Of a DNA stretch of 60,616 nucleotides, positions 16,504 to 24,344 are shown piece by piece. Below the pieces are notes generated by a model. That model saw nothing but the letters and a program-made list of their open reading frames with translations, searched no databases and was not told where the DNA came from. The DNA lies in the IMG/VR virus record IMGVR_UViG_3300033417_000008, positions 1 to 60,616 of that record; one strand, 5' to 3'. Each line of letters begins with the position of its first letter. Positions within the stretch are counted from its first letter, which is position 1. The DNA is from a virus. A program made the position numbers and the translations under genes.

Positions 16504-17315
16504 TCGCCCACGGCGTGTGCATCGACCAGGCCAATCGGGCGAATTGCCCGAGCATTGATCACCTTCAGCGACTCGGAGCTACATGCGTTCGGCTACTGCC
16601 GCGCCCGACCGAGGAGTTCGGATCGTACATGGCGCAGCTGCGGCAGTGGGGCATCCGGTCCATCTTCGTTCTCACGCCCGAGTGCTTCCCCGACGACGGA
16701 CGGACCTGGGAAGAGTGGACTACTTGGTACGTGACCACATACCGGCCCGACGTGGTGCTGATCGGAAACGAGCCCGACGCATACATCTACACCGCCGAGC
16801 ACGATAGCTCATGGGTAGTCGGCCCGGACCAGTACCGCCTTCTCTGGGACCGCCTGGCGCCAGCGGTGCAACGGGCTGGGACCGGCGCGCTCATGGGCAT
16901 CGGCGGCCAGATGGGGTGGGATGGCCAATGGCTCCGTGAGCTGTGCTTCGGCTGGCGACCGCAGGGGGCGACCTACGTGGCGCTCCATTGCTACCCCGAC
17001 CCGTTTGACCTCTACCAGGTGCAAAGCACCCAGAGGGCGATCAAGCTTCTTGAGGAGCTTACCGAGCTGAAGGTCATCATCACCGAGTGGACCGTGGCCG
17101 ACTGGTGTATGGTCGATTGGCTGGAGATGGTGAAACGAAGGTGTGATTACAGCACAATCTATAGTTGGGGCGACGGCGCAGGCCATATGATCGCGAAATA
17201 CGTCGAGTCGAATGGTGTTGCTGATTGGGAATGGTTACCTACAGCATATCTATTAGCTGGTTGTCTGCGAGATGCTTCCTATCGATGGGAACAACGCCCA
17301 GAACTTCGACGGTAA
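16500..17315 (+). CDS. glycoside hydrolase, clan GH-A (TIM barrel) type
   Basis: 'VVLIGNEPD' (acid/base NEP motif) and 'KVIITEW' (nucleophile Glu) about 100 aa apart; ATGA overlap. Confidence 0.55.
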   Translation: MIAHGVCIDQANRANCPSIDHLQRLGATCVRLLPRPTEEFGSYMAQLRQWGIRSIFVLTPECFPDDGRTWEEWTTWYVTTYRPDVVLIGNEPDAYIYTAEHDSSWVVGPDQYRLLWDRLAPAVQRAGTGALMGIGGQMGWDGQWLRELCFGWRPQGATYVALHCYPDPFDLYQVQSTQRAIKLLEELTELKVIITEWTVADWCMVDWLEMVKRRCDYSTIYSWGDGAGHMIAKYVESNGVADWEWLPTAYLLAGCLRDASYRWEQRPELRR

Positions 17316-17613
17316 TGTGTCGCCATTGAGCAGTCCGTCCCGTACGAAGCAGATAGATCGTGCCACAAGAGACACCGAAGGTTTCAGAGATCACCTTGAT
17401 TCCTACCCCGTCGCGGTACGATTGCAAGACTTCACGTACAATCTGTCGAACACCGACCGTGCGTCGTCCTCGCGGATTATCTGCACCGTCATCCGACCGC
17501 CGGCCCTTGGAGCGCCAGCAGCTCCAGCTCAGCCGCGTCGTCCTCAGCGGCAGAGACGAATGTGCAGCAGAAACACCAACGATCCCCACGTTGCTGGCAC
17601 CAGGCCACATCAA
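17239..17613 (-). CDS. HTH protein; true start uncertain (probably only the C-terminal ~70 codons)
   Basis: 'GIKVISETFGVSCGTIYLLRTG' HTH-like; the 5' part overlaps 17489..17725 in another frame. Confidence 0.3.
   Translation of the reverse strand: MMWPGASNVGIVGVSAAHSSLPLRTTRLSWSCWRSKGRRSDDGADNPRGRRTVGVRQIVREVLQSYRDGVGIKVISETFGVSCGTIYLLRTGRTAQWRHITVEVLGVVPIDRKHLADNQLIDML
17403..17492 (-). pseudogene. truncated copy of cassette gene B (29 codons)
   Basis: ATGA-coupled to 17489..17725; 'MTVQIIREDDARSVFDRLYV' parallels 'MTVHISRDENGGAQSVIDAYMV' of 29075..29344, then a stop. Confidence 0.35.
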
Positions 17614-17725
17614 TCGCTGACGACGGTGTCTCCTCCCACCACTTCAATCTCAAGTGCAGCCCGAGCGCATGCCCGCAGTTAGCACACGGCTCCTTCAGAG
17701 CCACTAACAACTCTGATCTGTCCAT
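17489..17725 (-). CDS. Cys/His-rich small protein, cassette gene A copy 3
   Basis: 'MDRSELLVALKEPCANCGHALGLH...WC...FCCTFVSA...QGPAVG' aligns with 28863..29078 and 31962..32153. Confidence 0.6.
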   Translation of the reverse strand: MDRSELLVALKEPCANCGHALGLHLRLKWWEETPSSAIDVAWCQQRGDRWCFCCTFVSAAEDDAAELELLALQGPAVG

Positions 17726-18513
17726 CAGTCACTCTCGCTGGGGTAATGCACCCCCCACAGTCCCATTCGCCATCCGTATCCAGGGAGCACCTGCACGGAC
17801 GGACGAGTCGACGCTCCGCAGGTCCACCGCTCTCTCCGCCGGTGATCACCCAACTCGGCGGACGATGCTTCCCAATCACCCCGACACCATCGCACGACGC
17901 CATGTTCAGTCAACCACTTCGCACGATGCAGTTGTGGATTACGTTTGGCCCAATGATTCGCGCCGCGCGGGACTCGATCCGGATGAGTGTGGCTCGGATG
18001 TCGCTCGCCCGCCGTACTTCGCCCCTTCGCGGCCATGTCGTGGCTGTTGTCCCGTGGCGATCCCTCAAAGAGATGATCGGGGCGAACGCAGAGGGGATTG
18101 TCACATGTATGACAGGCGAAGAAGCCAGCGCGAAGCGGACGTCCGAGTTTCAGTTGGAGCGCATACCGCTGGGCCTTGATCTGGCGCCCATTACCCCTCC
18201 CGTTCCGGATGTAGAAAACTCCATAGATAAAGCCTCCTCCCGCCACATGCTGGCCACCAGTCCATTCCCAGCAGCCATCAGATTTGCTAACCTTGGTCCA
18301 GAAGCGCTCTTCCTCGGATGGCAATGCAGGTGGTAGCCCAGCCATGAAGCGCTTGTAATGGGTGTGGCAATATCCACGAGCATGAATCGGATGGGGGCAA
18401 TCTTGAATGAGGCAGGGGCCGAGGCGAGTAGACTGATAGGGCATGCGGAGTTCTCCTTTCCGTGTGCCATGCCCTCGGGCGGTGTCAGCCGTCGCGGGGG
18501 TGCATTCTATCAT
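17725..18513 (-). CDS. HNH homing endonuclease
   Basis: 'CWEWTGG', 'ACHTCDNPLCVRPDHLF', 'NSHDMAAKGR' (HNH_3-type pattern). Confidence 0.85.
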   Translation of the reverse strand: MIECTPATADTARGHGTRKGELRMPYQSTRLGPCLIQDCPHPIHARGYCHTHYKRFMAGLPPALPSEEERFWTKVSKSDGCWEWTGGQHVAGGGFIYGVFYIRNGRGNGRQIKAQRYALQLKLGRPLRAGFFACHTCDNPLCVRPDHLFEGSPRDNSHDMAAKGRSTAGERHPSHTHPDRVPRGANHWAKRNPQLHRAKWLTEHGVVRWCRGDWEASSAELGDHRRRERWTCGASTRPSVQVLPGYGWRMGLWGVHYPSESD

Positions 18514-18543
18514 TGTAAACTAGCAACGCATGGAGCTGAGACG

Positions 18544-18735
18544 ATGAGCTTCTTCTGTCAGGGTTGCCGACCCATCGGCCCGTCCCCTGAGCAACAGATG
18601 GAGCGGGTGCGCGAGGCGGCGGAACGAGCTATCCATCAGATGGCCGAACTGGAGCCGACCTTTATGGTGACGGCCAAATTCGGTCCCATCACGCGCCTCG
18701 TGCCACTTCCCTACCCGTGGGACGACGAGGGGTGA
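18544..18735 (+). CDS. hypothetical protein
   Basis: ATG after GGAGCTGAG; 'MSFFCQGCRPIG...'; the ORF track gives a longer 18358 start that overlaps the HNH gene. Confidence 0.4.
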   Translation: MSFFCQGCRPIGPSPEQQMERVREAAERAIHQMAELEPTFMVTAKFGPITRLVPLPYPWDDEG

Positions 18736-19196
18736 TTGACCTGCTGCCGGACTTTGCGGCGCAGATCGCGGCTCAGGCTCCTGGCGTGGCGGGGCCTGCT
18801 GCGGATCTCGTGGTCCACACCGTGACGGCCGGTAGCCTGTCGAAGAGCGCAACCGACATCCTCAAGGCCTCGTGGGGCGGCAAGATCGAGAAGCATCCGC
18901 CCCCGTGGGTGCCGCAGCTTGCCGCCGTGGTATTCGGCATTGTGGCGATGGGCCTGATTGCGCTGATGCTGGGCTACGCATTGACGGATGGACGGGTCGC
19001 GGGCTCGGTCGGCGTGATTGGCGGGGGGCTAGCGAGCACTGTGGCAGATCGTCAGACCCAGATTCACAATGCCGCGCGTACCCCTCCACCGCCGTCGCCG
19101 AGGTTCGGCCAGACGTGCGCCACCTGCGGCCAGCCGATGGGCGAGCGACGGGAGGGCGGCGGAGGACCAGTGCCGCTCGACGCGCCGAAGGGGTGA
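18732..19196 (+). CDS. hypothetical membrane protein
   Basis: GTGA overlap start; TM 'LAAVVFGIVAMGLIALMLGYAL'; C-terminal CxxC. Confidence 0.5.
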   Translation: MIDLLPDFAAQIAAQAPGVAGPAADLVVHTVTAGSLSKSATDILKASWGGKIEKHPPPWVPQLAAVVFGIVAMGLIALMLGYALTDGRVAGSVGVIGGGLASTVADRQTQIHNAARTPPPPSPRFGQTCATCGQPMGERREGGGGPVPLDAPKG

Positions 19197-19303
19197 GCGT
19201 CGCCCTCGCATTCCTCGGTACACTGGCATCGAGGTTTTTGGCCGCACTCATGGCGGGCGCGCTACTCGGCTGGATCAGGAATCGATGGGGATCAAGGCGT
19301 TAG
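19193..19303 (+). CDS. 36-aa single-TM micropeptide
   Basis: GTGA overlap; '(M)SVALAFLGTLASRFLAALMAGALLGWIRNRWGSRR'. Confidence 0.35.
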   Translation: MSVALAFLGTLASRFLAALMAGALLGWIRNRWGSRR

Positions 19304-19418
19304 CCTGGCAACGAGTCGCTCCAGATCCTCTACCCGCACAATCATGTCCTGCATGCTAAAGCTCCAGGGCGCGGTGCCGAATGACATGCGATAGAGCGGC
19401 GCGACGTGGACCCCCAGC

Positions 19419-19622
19419 TCAGCAGAGAGCCGCTTTTGCTATGGCCTCTGCCTGATCGCGCTGTTCCTGAGCATCGACGTACGAGGCGGTGCGCGCCGCA
19501 TCCGCTGCCAACGAGCGGCGCTTCCCTGCCGCATGTCGAGGGCAGTACCATCGCCCATTGACCTCGACCGTGGCATCCTTCCGGCAGGAGATCCCACCGC
19601 AAAGCCCGTGGCTTTCTGTCAT
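19419..19622 (-). CDS. hypothetical Cys-containing protein
   Basis: ATGA-coupled start 'MTESHGLCGGISCRKDATVEVNGRWYCPRH'. Confidence 0.45.
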   Translation of the reverse strand: MTESHGLCGGISCRKDATVEVNGRWYCPRHAAGKRRSLAADAARTASYVDAQEQRDQAEAIAKAALC

Positions 19623-19990
19623 GGTCGTTCCTCTAGGACGTACTCGAAGCGATGGCCGCCGTGCCCGCGCCAGGCGGTTGGCGCTGCGAACATCCACTCG
19701 GCCGAACTCCCAACGTCCACTCGGCGCATGAAGATTGCAGCACGGCGTCTCTCACGAGCGCTCGCCGGAACCAGAGCCCGGTAGCCACCATCATGGCCGC
19801 CAACGTACATGACACCACCCTCCACCGCCGAACTGATGTGACGGAACGTAAAGCCTCGACCGAGCAGCGCCACAACCGCAGCCTGGCTCAATGGGCAATC
19901 GCAGGCCACGGACTTTGTAGTCTTACCGAAGGAGCTCCTCCACGCCTCGATCATCTCCGTCGTCGGCTCCAGGGCGAAGCGCTCTGTCAT
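19619..19990 (-). CDS. hypothetical protein
   Basis: 123 aa ORF-track ORF in the leftward array. Confidence 0.5.
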   Translation of the reverse strand: MTERFALEPTTEMIEAWRSSFGKTTKSVACDCPLSQAAVVALLGRGFTFRHISSAVEGGVMYVGGHDGGYRALVPASARERRRAAIFMRRVDVGSSAEWMFAAPTAWRGHGGHRFEYVLEERP

Positions 19991-20082
19991 GAGAGCACCA
20001 CCAGCAACGCTCGCCCGAGAACGAGAGCCAGAATCGCCACGAGCAAAGCTAGGGTTGTTCTATCAGCGGGGATAGACGTCAT
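19987..20082 (-). CDS. 31-aa single-TM micropeptide
   Basis: 'MTSIPADRTTLALLVAILALVLGRALLVVLS'; ATGA overlaps at both ends; GGAGAGGAA RBS. Confidence 0.35.
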   Translation of the reverse strand: MTSIPADRTTLALLVAILALVLGRALLVVLS

Positions 20083-20270
20083 TTCCTCTCCCTTCTCCTG
20101 GCATCGTTCTGGCGCCAGGCGGCCCGCTTGCAGGCGACAGCGCCGCAATAGCGCGCGCGCCCTCGACCACGGAACGTCACCCCGCAGATTCGGCAGGTGA
20201 TGTCCCGCTCGGCCACCGCGGCTGCGCGCATGGCAGCCATGTGCTCGCGAAAAGTTAGCTCAGTCATCAT
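20079..20270 (-). CDS. small zinc-ribbon protein
   Basis: 'CRICGVTF..RARYCGAVACKRAAWR'. Confidence 0.5.
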   Translation of the reverse strand: MMTELTFREHMAAMRAAAVAERDITCRICGVTFRGRGRARYCGAVACKRAAWRQNDARRRERK

Positions 20271-20610
20271 TATCGGAGTCTTCGAGCCACTGGTTTAGCA
20301 ATGCAGTGAGGGATACTATCTGCTTGCGTGGCCTGGTGAATCGGTATGCGATGTCCAGTTCCGCCCCACATACGGGGCAGTGGTGGATTTGGAGATAGCA
20401 GTCACCGCTCTGGGTTTCGCCGCAGCCCTCTGTATCGATGCTGAAGCCTTCTGGCTCGTATAGAAAGAGAAAGGGGAATTCCTCGGTGTAAATGTTGCGG
20501 CAGCCGACACATGAGAACTTCGCCCTTATTGCGGCGATGTGCTCACGGCTGGTCGGGGAAGTCGTCGTTTCACTCACGAGAGGCGCCTCGTGGGGAAGTC
20601 GTCGTTTCAC
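20260..20610 (-). CDS. hypothetical Cys-rich acidic protein
   Basis: 116 aa; 'CVGC...HHCPVCG'; start lies inside the 37-bp duplication. Confidence 0.5.
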   Translation of the reverse strand: MKRRLPHEAPLVSETTTSPTSREHIAAIRAKFSCVGCRNIYTEEFPFLFLYEPEGFSIDTEGCGETQSGDCYLQIHHCPVCGAELDIAYRFTRPRKQIVSLTALLNQWLEDSDNDD

Positions 20611-20628
20611 TCACGAGAGGCGCCTCGT
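20555..20628. repeat. exact 37-bp tandem duplication spanning a gene junction
   Basis: 'ggggaagtcgtcgtttcactcacgagaggcgcctcgt' x2. Confidence 0.95.
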
Positions 20629-20837
20629 GGGCCATTCACCAGCCATGGGGTTGTCACCAGTTCTGCGAGCGCCCTGACGCCCCAGTAGAGGGCTGGATCG
20701 ACGCCGAGCTCCCTGAGACTCGTGATAGCGTCGATGATCGCGACGTCATAGCCAGCCATCAACTCCCAGACCACCGCCGAGTGTACGGAGTTAGCGATGG
20801 TGTAGCCTCTTATCTCCTTCAAGCGTTCGGGCGTCAT
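20607..20837 (-). CDS. hypothetical protein
   Basis: 76 aa ORF-track ORF. Confidence 0.5.
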   Translation of the reverse strand: MTPERLKEIRGYTIANSVHSAVVWELMAGYDVAIIDAITSLRELGVDPALYWGVRALAELVTTPWLVNGPRGASRE

Positions 20838-21145
20838 CGTGCCTCCGCCTGCTTGATCACCGCGGCTAGGCTGTTCGCGACATCAGCCCACTCGTCATCT
20901 GTCAAGTAGGCGTCCAGCCCTAATAGCCTGAGTCTCCCGCTCTGAGAGTACCGCTCATCCATGTGGATATCGACGGCCGTATCGGCCGCCAGAGCGTCAT
21001 CCTGCACGCGGGCGCGCATGCGGGCCATGAACTCGGCTGGGGTTTGATCACCCATCCACCGCTCCCAGATTTCATCTGGCGCGAGGCGTCGTCCCTCGTC
21101 GTCGGTCAGCGGCGTTGGGTGGATTGTTCCTTGCAGGTAGCTCAT
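20834..21145 (-). CDS. hypothetical acidic protein
   Basis: ATGA-coupled start 'MSYLQGTIHPTPL'; the ORF track gives a longer 21256 start. Confidence 0.5.
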   Translation of the reverse strand: MSYLQGTIHPTPLTDDEGRRLAPDEIWERWMGDQTPAEFMARMRARVQDDALAADTAVDIHMDERYSQSGRLRLLGLDAYLTDDEWADVANSLAAVIKQAEAR

Positions 21146-21249
21146 GTCCCATCTCCGCCCTCGTAGAGGACGGCGTACACTTCGCCCGACGGTAGGTGAC
21201 GGTAGAGCTCCCGCGCTGGGTACTGCTGTGGCTCTGCGTACTGATCCAT
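21142..21249 (-). CDS. hypothetical 35-aa protein
   Basis: 'MDQYAEPQQYPARELYRHLPSGEVYAVLYEGGDGT' behind the conserved GGAGG element. Confidence 0.4.
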   Translation of the reverse strand: MDQYAEPQQYPARELYRHLPSGEVYAVLYEGGDGT

Positions 21250-21295
21250 GGTCCATCTACCTCCGTGCCCGGCGCCTTTGTTGCGCCTGTCGGCC
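21247..21295 (-). promoter_or_regulatory. conserved 5' leader element copy 1 (hairpin + GGAGG + ATG)
   Basis: RNA sense 'GGCCGACAGGCGCAACAAAGGCGCCGGGCACGGAGGTAGATGGACCATG'. Confidence 0.5.
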
Positions 21296-21314
21296 ATCGC
21301 CGCCGGTATATCAA

Positions 21315-21545
21315 TCATCGTGCCCACCCCATGCCGTGGGGTAGGGGCCGCACTCGCTCGAAGTGATTGCCAGCGGAGATCGTTTCAGCGACGCGGTCCG
21401 ACGCTTCAAAGGCCTCGTCTAGTGTGGGGAAGTACTCGGCATCGCCCCCAGGGTAGGATGCGGGGGCGATCCAGGACCCCGTTTTCCGGTTGTAGTACAT
21501 GCCCGCCGCATGTACCGCTCGCCTCATCGTCGTACTGGAGACCAT
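21315..21545 (-). CDS. hypothetical protein
   Basis: 76 aa; ATG preceded by element copy 2. Confidence 0.5.
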   Translation of the reverse strand: MVSSTTMRRAVHAAGMYYNRKTGSWIAPASYPGGDAEYFPTLDEAFEASDRVAETISAGNHFERVRPLPHGMGWAR

Positions 21546-21591
21546 GATCCCATCTCCTCCGTGGCCCGGCGCCTTGTCGCGCCTGTCGGCC
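21543..21591 (-). promoter_or_regulatory. conserved 5' leader element copy 2
   Basis: RNA sense 'GGCCGACAGGCGCGACAAGGCGCCGGGCCACGGAGGAGATGGGATCATG'; fills the whole intergenic gap. Confidence 0.5.
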
Positions 21592-21845
21592 TAGCTGACC
21601 AGGGTGGCGGCGAGGCCGATCACAAGATGAGCCTCATGCTCTGTGAGATAGACGCCGGTCGACTGGACCGGCGCTCCTCCACGCCGCTGGGTAATGACGG
21701 TGAGCCCACCGTCCTGGCCCTGGATACGGAGGATGTCCGCCGCGGTCATTGGGTCATAGTCGGGCGTAAGGTCGTCGAGATGACGGACCCACTCGGCCAG
21801 TGATCGCAGTTGGAGTCCTCTTGTGTTCCGCTTGTCGTACATCAA
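21591..21845 (-). CDS. hypothetical protein
   Basis: 84 aa ORF-track ORF. Confidence 0.5.
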   Translation of the reverse strand: MMYDKRNTRGLQLRSLAEWVRHLDDLTPDYDPMTAADILRIQGQDGGLTVITQRRGGAPVQSTGVYLTEHEAHLVIGLAATLVS

Positions 21846-21862
21846 CCCTGCTCCTTAGATTC

Positions 21863-22102
21863 TTACTCTGCGTCGCCGTGGAGTGGGCAGCCCTGGCCCA
21901 CACGGTAGCTCGGGCAGCAGTGACGCTGCGTGCGGTGGGCGGATGGGATGATCTCCACCCACTTGATGATCTCGCCGCGGCCTGCTGCGGCAGTCGCCTT
22001 CTCGGCGGCTCGGCGAGCCGGCTCAGCAATCACGCCGGTCTTGCGGACCATCTCGATCTCGCCACCTGGCCTGCGAACGGTGATCTCGGTGACCCTTGCC
22101 AT
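21863..22102 (-). CDS. hypothetical protein (first gene of a leftward unit)
   Basis: 79 aa; GGGAGGCGGAG RBS. Confidence 0.5.
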   Translation of the reverse strand: MARVTEITVRRPGGEIEMVRKTGVIAEPARRAAEKATAAAGRGEIIKWVEIIPSAHRTQRHCCPSYRVGQGCPLHGDAE

Positions 22103-22129
22103 CTCCGCCTCCCTCGCTCTGTATACCTA

Positions 22130-22138
22130 TTTATACCA
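22130..22138 (-). promoter_or_regulatory. leftward extended -10 promoter TGGTATAAA
   Basis: AT-rich divergent gap; minus-strand 'catGGTATAAAtagg'. Confidence 0.4.
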
Positions 22139-22165
22139 TGGCAGTCATGAGATATCAAGGGATTC

Positions 22166-22174
22166 TGGTAAAAT
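22166..22174 (+). promoter_or_regulatory. rightward extended -10 promoter TGGTAAAAT
   Basis: 'gattcTGGTAAAATcgg', 25 nt upstream of the endolysin ATG. Confidence 0.45.
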
Positions 22175-22198
22175 CGGGGCACGAGTTTTGGAGGAAAT

Positions 22199-23017
22199 AT
22201 GGCAGCACTCCCCGAGGGGCTCCTGATCTCGGCAGCCAAGCTCTCCGGCACGCCCTACGAGTGGGGCGGCAACGGCCCGGGCAGCTTCGACTGCTCGGGC
22301 TACGTCCGCCACGTCGCCGCCGAGCGCGGGGTGCCTCTGCCCGATGACGTGCGGACCGCGGAGCAGATCGCCCTCTACTGCCCCGAGGTTTCCTGGGGCG
22401 AAGTCCAGCCCGGCGACCTGCTATTCCTCAATGACCCGCCGGACCACGTGGCCTTCTCCCTCGGCGAGGACTCGGGCCGCGTGTGGCAGGCGACCCCGCC
22501 AGCAGTCGTGGAAACGGTGATCCGCAATAACGACTACTGGCAGAGAAAGCTCATCCTCAATCCCAGGCGCCTGCCCGGCGTACCCGCAACCCCACTCGTC
22601 ACCGTGGCTGACACTCAGTTTGCCCAGCAGCAAGTAATGGATGTGGTGACCAACTACGCGAGGCTGTACGGCGTCGATCCGCGCGTGGTGGGTGCTGTCT
22701 GCTGGCAGGAGAGCGGGTGGAAGAATCACCTGCGGCACGCGGACGGCACCGGGGTGGGGCTGTTCGGCCTTGACGCCTCCGGCGGGCTCATCGAATTCGA
22801 GCGCTGGTCGAGATCGACGTTCGGCCGTGGCGATGATACTGGCTCGCTGCCCCCGGTGCTCCAGATCGAGTTCGTCTGCGACTGGTTCGAGCGCAAGATC
22901 GCAGCCTACGGGTTGGAGCGGGCTGTACGCACCTGGCACCGGGGGCCGACGCTCTGGAATGACGCTCGCGGTGCGAGTTACTGGGCGTCGGTGTCAGCTC
23001 TCATGGATCGACTCTAG
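22199..23017 (+). CDS. two-domain endolysin: NlpC/P60 endopeptidase + SLT-type lytic transglycosylase
   Basis: 'GTPYEWGGNGPGSFDCSGYVRHV..GDLLF..PDHVAFS' (NlpC/P60 Cys/His) and 'VCWQESGW' (SLT catalytic Glu-Ser). Confidence 0.85.
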   Translation: MAALPEGLLISAAKLSGTPYEWGGNGPGSFDCSGYVRHVAAERGVPLPDDVRTAEQIALYCPEVSWGEVQPGDLLFLNDPPDHVAFSLGEDSGRVWQATPPAVVETVIRNNDYWQRKLILNPRRLPGVPATPLVTVADTQFAQQQVMDVVTNYARLYGVDPRVVGAVCWQESGWKNHLRHADGTGVGLFGLDASGGLIEFERWSRSTFGRGDDTGSLPPVLQIEFVCDWFERKIAAYGLERAVRTWHRGPTLWNDARGASYWASVSALMDRL

Positions 23018-23410
23018 CGGCAGAGCAGCGTGCCTGACGTGGTCCATCAGATACTGTATGTCGGAATCGTCGTACGCGTGGATGCCATTGATCCAAGCAT
23101 CTGTCGATTCCCACACGTAGACCAATCCCTCTTCTTCGTCCCAGTGCCGATCAACCAGCACGAAAACCTGAAGCGCCTCGCCATGGCGAATGGCCACTTC
23201 AGCTCCGCCGGGGAGTACCGTGTAAGCTAGGTCATGGTGATCCATGTAGCACGGAGCATAGGGTGGCTCGTAGTCTGGCTCGGGGTATGGCGGTTCCAAA
23301 AAGAAGGGCATCCAATGCATGTCTGCGGTAGTCTCTTCCTCATCTGCGGGCCTGTCCCATAGCGGCAACGTCGCGAGGCGATCCATCTCGGCGAGCGTGG
23401 GTGAGCGCAT
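22994..23410 (-). CDS. hypothetical acidic protein
   Basis: 138 aa ORF-track ORF; converges on the endolysin 3' end. Confidence 0.5.
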   Translation of the reverse strand: MRSPTLAEMDRLATLPLWDRPADEEETTADMHWMPFFLEPPYPEPDYEPPYAPCYMDHHDLAYTVLPGGAEVAIRHGEALQVFVLVDRHWDEEEGLVYVWESTDAWINGIHAYDDSDIQYLMDHVRHAALPLESIHES

Positions 23411-23529
23411 CAGCCCGCCACACGCCGTCGGATGGCCCGCATGTCATGGACGCGCCGCTCATCACGACGGCCGAGGCGGTAGGCTGCGCAGGCGACGGCG
23501 AGCGCTACGAATCCGATGATGTATTCCAT
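23410..23529 (-). CDS. 39-aa single-TM micropeptide
   Basis: 'MEYIIGFVALAVACAAYRLGRRDERRVHDMRAIRRRVAG'; GGAGGAG RBS; ATGA overlap downstream. Confidence 0.35.
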   Translation of the reverse strand: MEYIIGFVALAVACAAYRLGRRDERRVHDMRAIRRRVAG

Positions 23530-23840
23530 GGTAATTCTCCTCCATCCGGGTCATAGATACTCGGCGGCAATCCGTCCCATCGATCGTGAGGGTCGAATCC
23601 GAGCGCCCTGTCCGCATCTGGCGGTGTCAGGCCTGCACGATGAAGGCTCATCAGCGTCCGCTCCTGCACGATCTCGGTGAACCGGAAGCCGTCAGGATCG
23701 ACTGAAGGATCGCACGTATGGACCAGGACCCACACCGCGTACGGGTCGTCGCACGACTCCAGCGTCGCGCTCCGTCCAGTCAGCTGAATGTGCGCTCCGC
23801 TTGCGAGTGCGGCCGCGATCCGTCGCTGGGCACGAGTCAC
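23505..23840 (-). CDS. hypothetical protein
   Basis: 111 aa ORF-track ORF. Confidence 0.5.
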   Translation of the reverse strand: MTRAQRRIAAALASGAHIQLTGRSATLESCDDPYAVWVLVHTCDPSVDPDGFRFTEIVQERTLMSLHRAGLTPPDADRALGFDPHDRWDGLPPSIYDPDGGELPWNTSSDS

Positions 23841-24088
23841 CTGGCTGACTCGCGGATGTAGCCGACGGTGGTGAGCATCTCGTGGACCTCATCCACCGTG
23901 AGGCCCTTCTTCGGCTTGCCCCTCAGGGTGATGACCGACCAGGTGCCGTAGTCATACTTGCAGACTACGGAGCCGTCGGCACGGAGAGCATAGTGCTTGT
24001 CGCCTTTGCCCCAGCGAGCAAGGGGCGGCTGGGCATGTGGAAACGGATTGTCCTTGGTCCTGCGTGCGCGGATGCTGAGGGTTGCCAT
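23837..24088 (-). CDS. hypothetical protein
   Basis: 83 aa; 4-nt overlaps with neighbours. Confidence 0.5.
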   Translation of the reverse strand: MATLSIRARRTKDNPFPHAQPPLARWGKGDKHYALRADGSVVCKYDYGTWSVITLRGKPKKGLTVDEVHEMLTTVGYIRESAR

Positions 24089-24342
24089 CAGAATGCTCCC
24101 GCGTCAATCGCGAGACGCCTGTCCCGCTTCGTAGCTCTTAGCAAACTCCGGAACTCGAAGTGCTGGTTGTTATATGCGTGCTCGGTTTCGCCCTGCTCTG
24201 TGCGGATCGCAGTGGTAGCAAGATCCGTCCCGGGGAGGGACGCATAGGGGAGAGAGTAGCATGCAGCGCGATTCTTTGCTACGACTGTGCCTACGATATC
24301 CCGGAATCTCCCGTCCACGCGCTCAACGATGTACCTAACCAT
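24088..24342 (-). CDS. hypothetical protein
   Basis: 84 aa ORF-track ORF. Confidence 0.5.
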   Translation of the reverse strand: MVRYIVERVDGRFRDIVGTVVAKNRAACYSLPYASLPGTDLATTAIRTEQGETEHAYNNQHFEFRSLLRATKRDRRLAIDAGAF

Positions 24343-24344
24343 GG

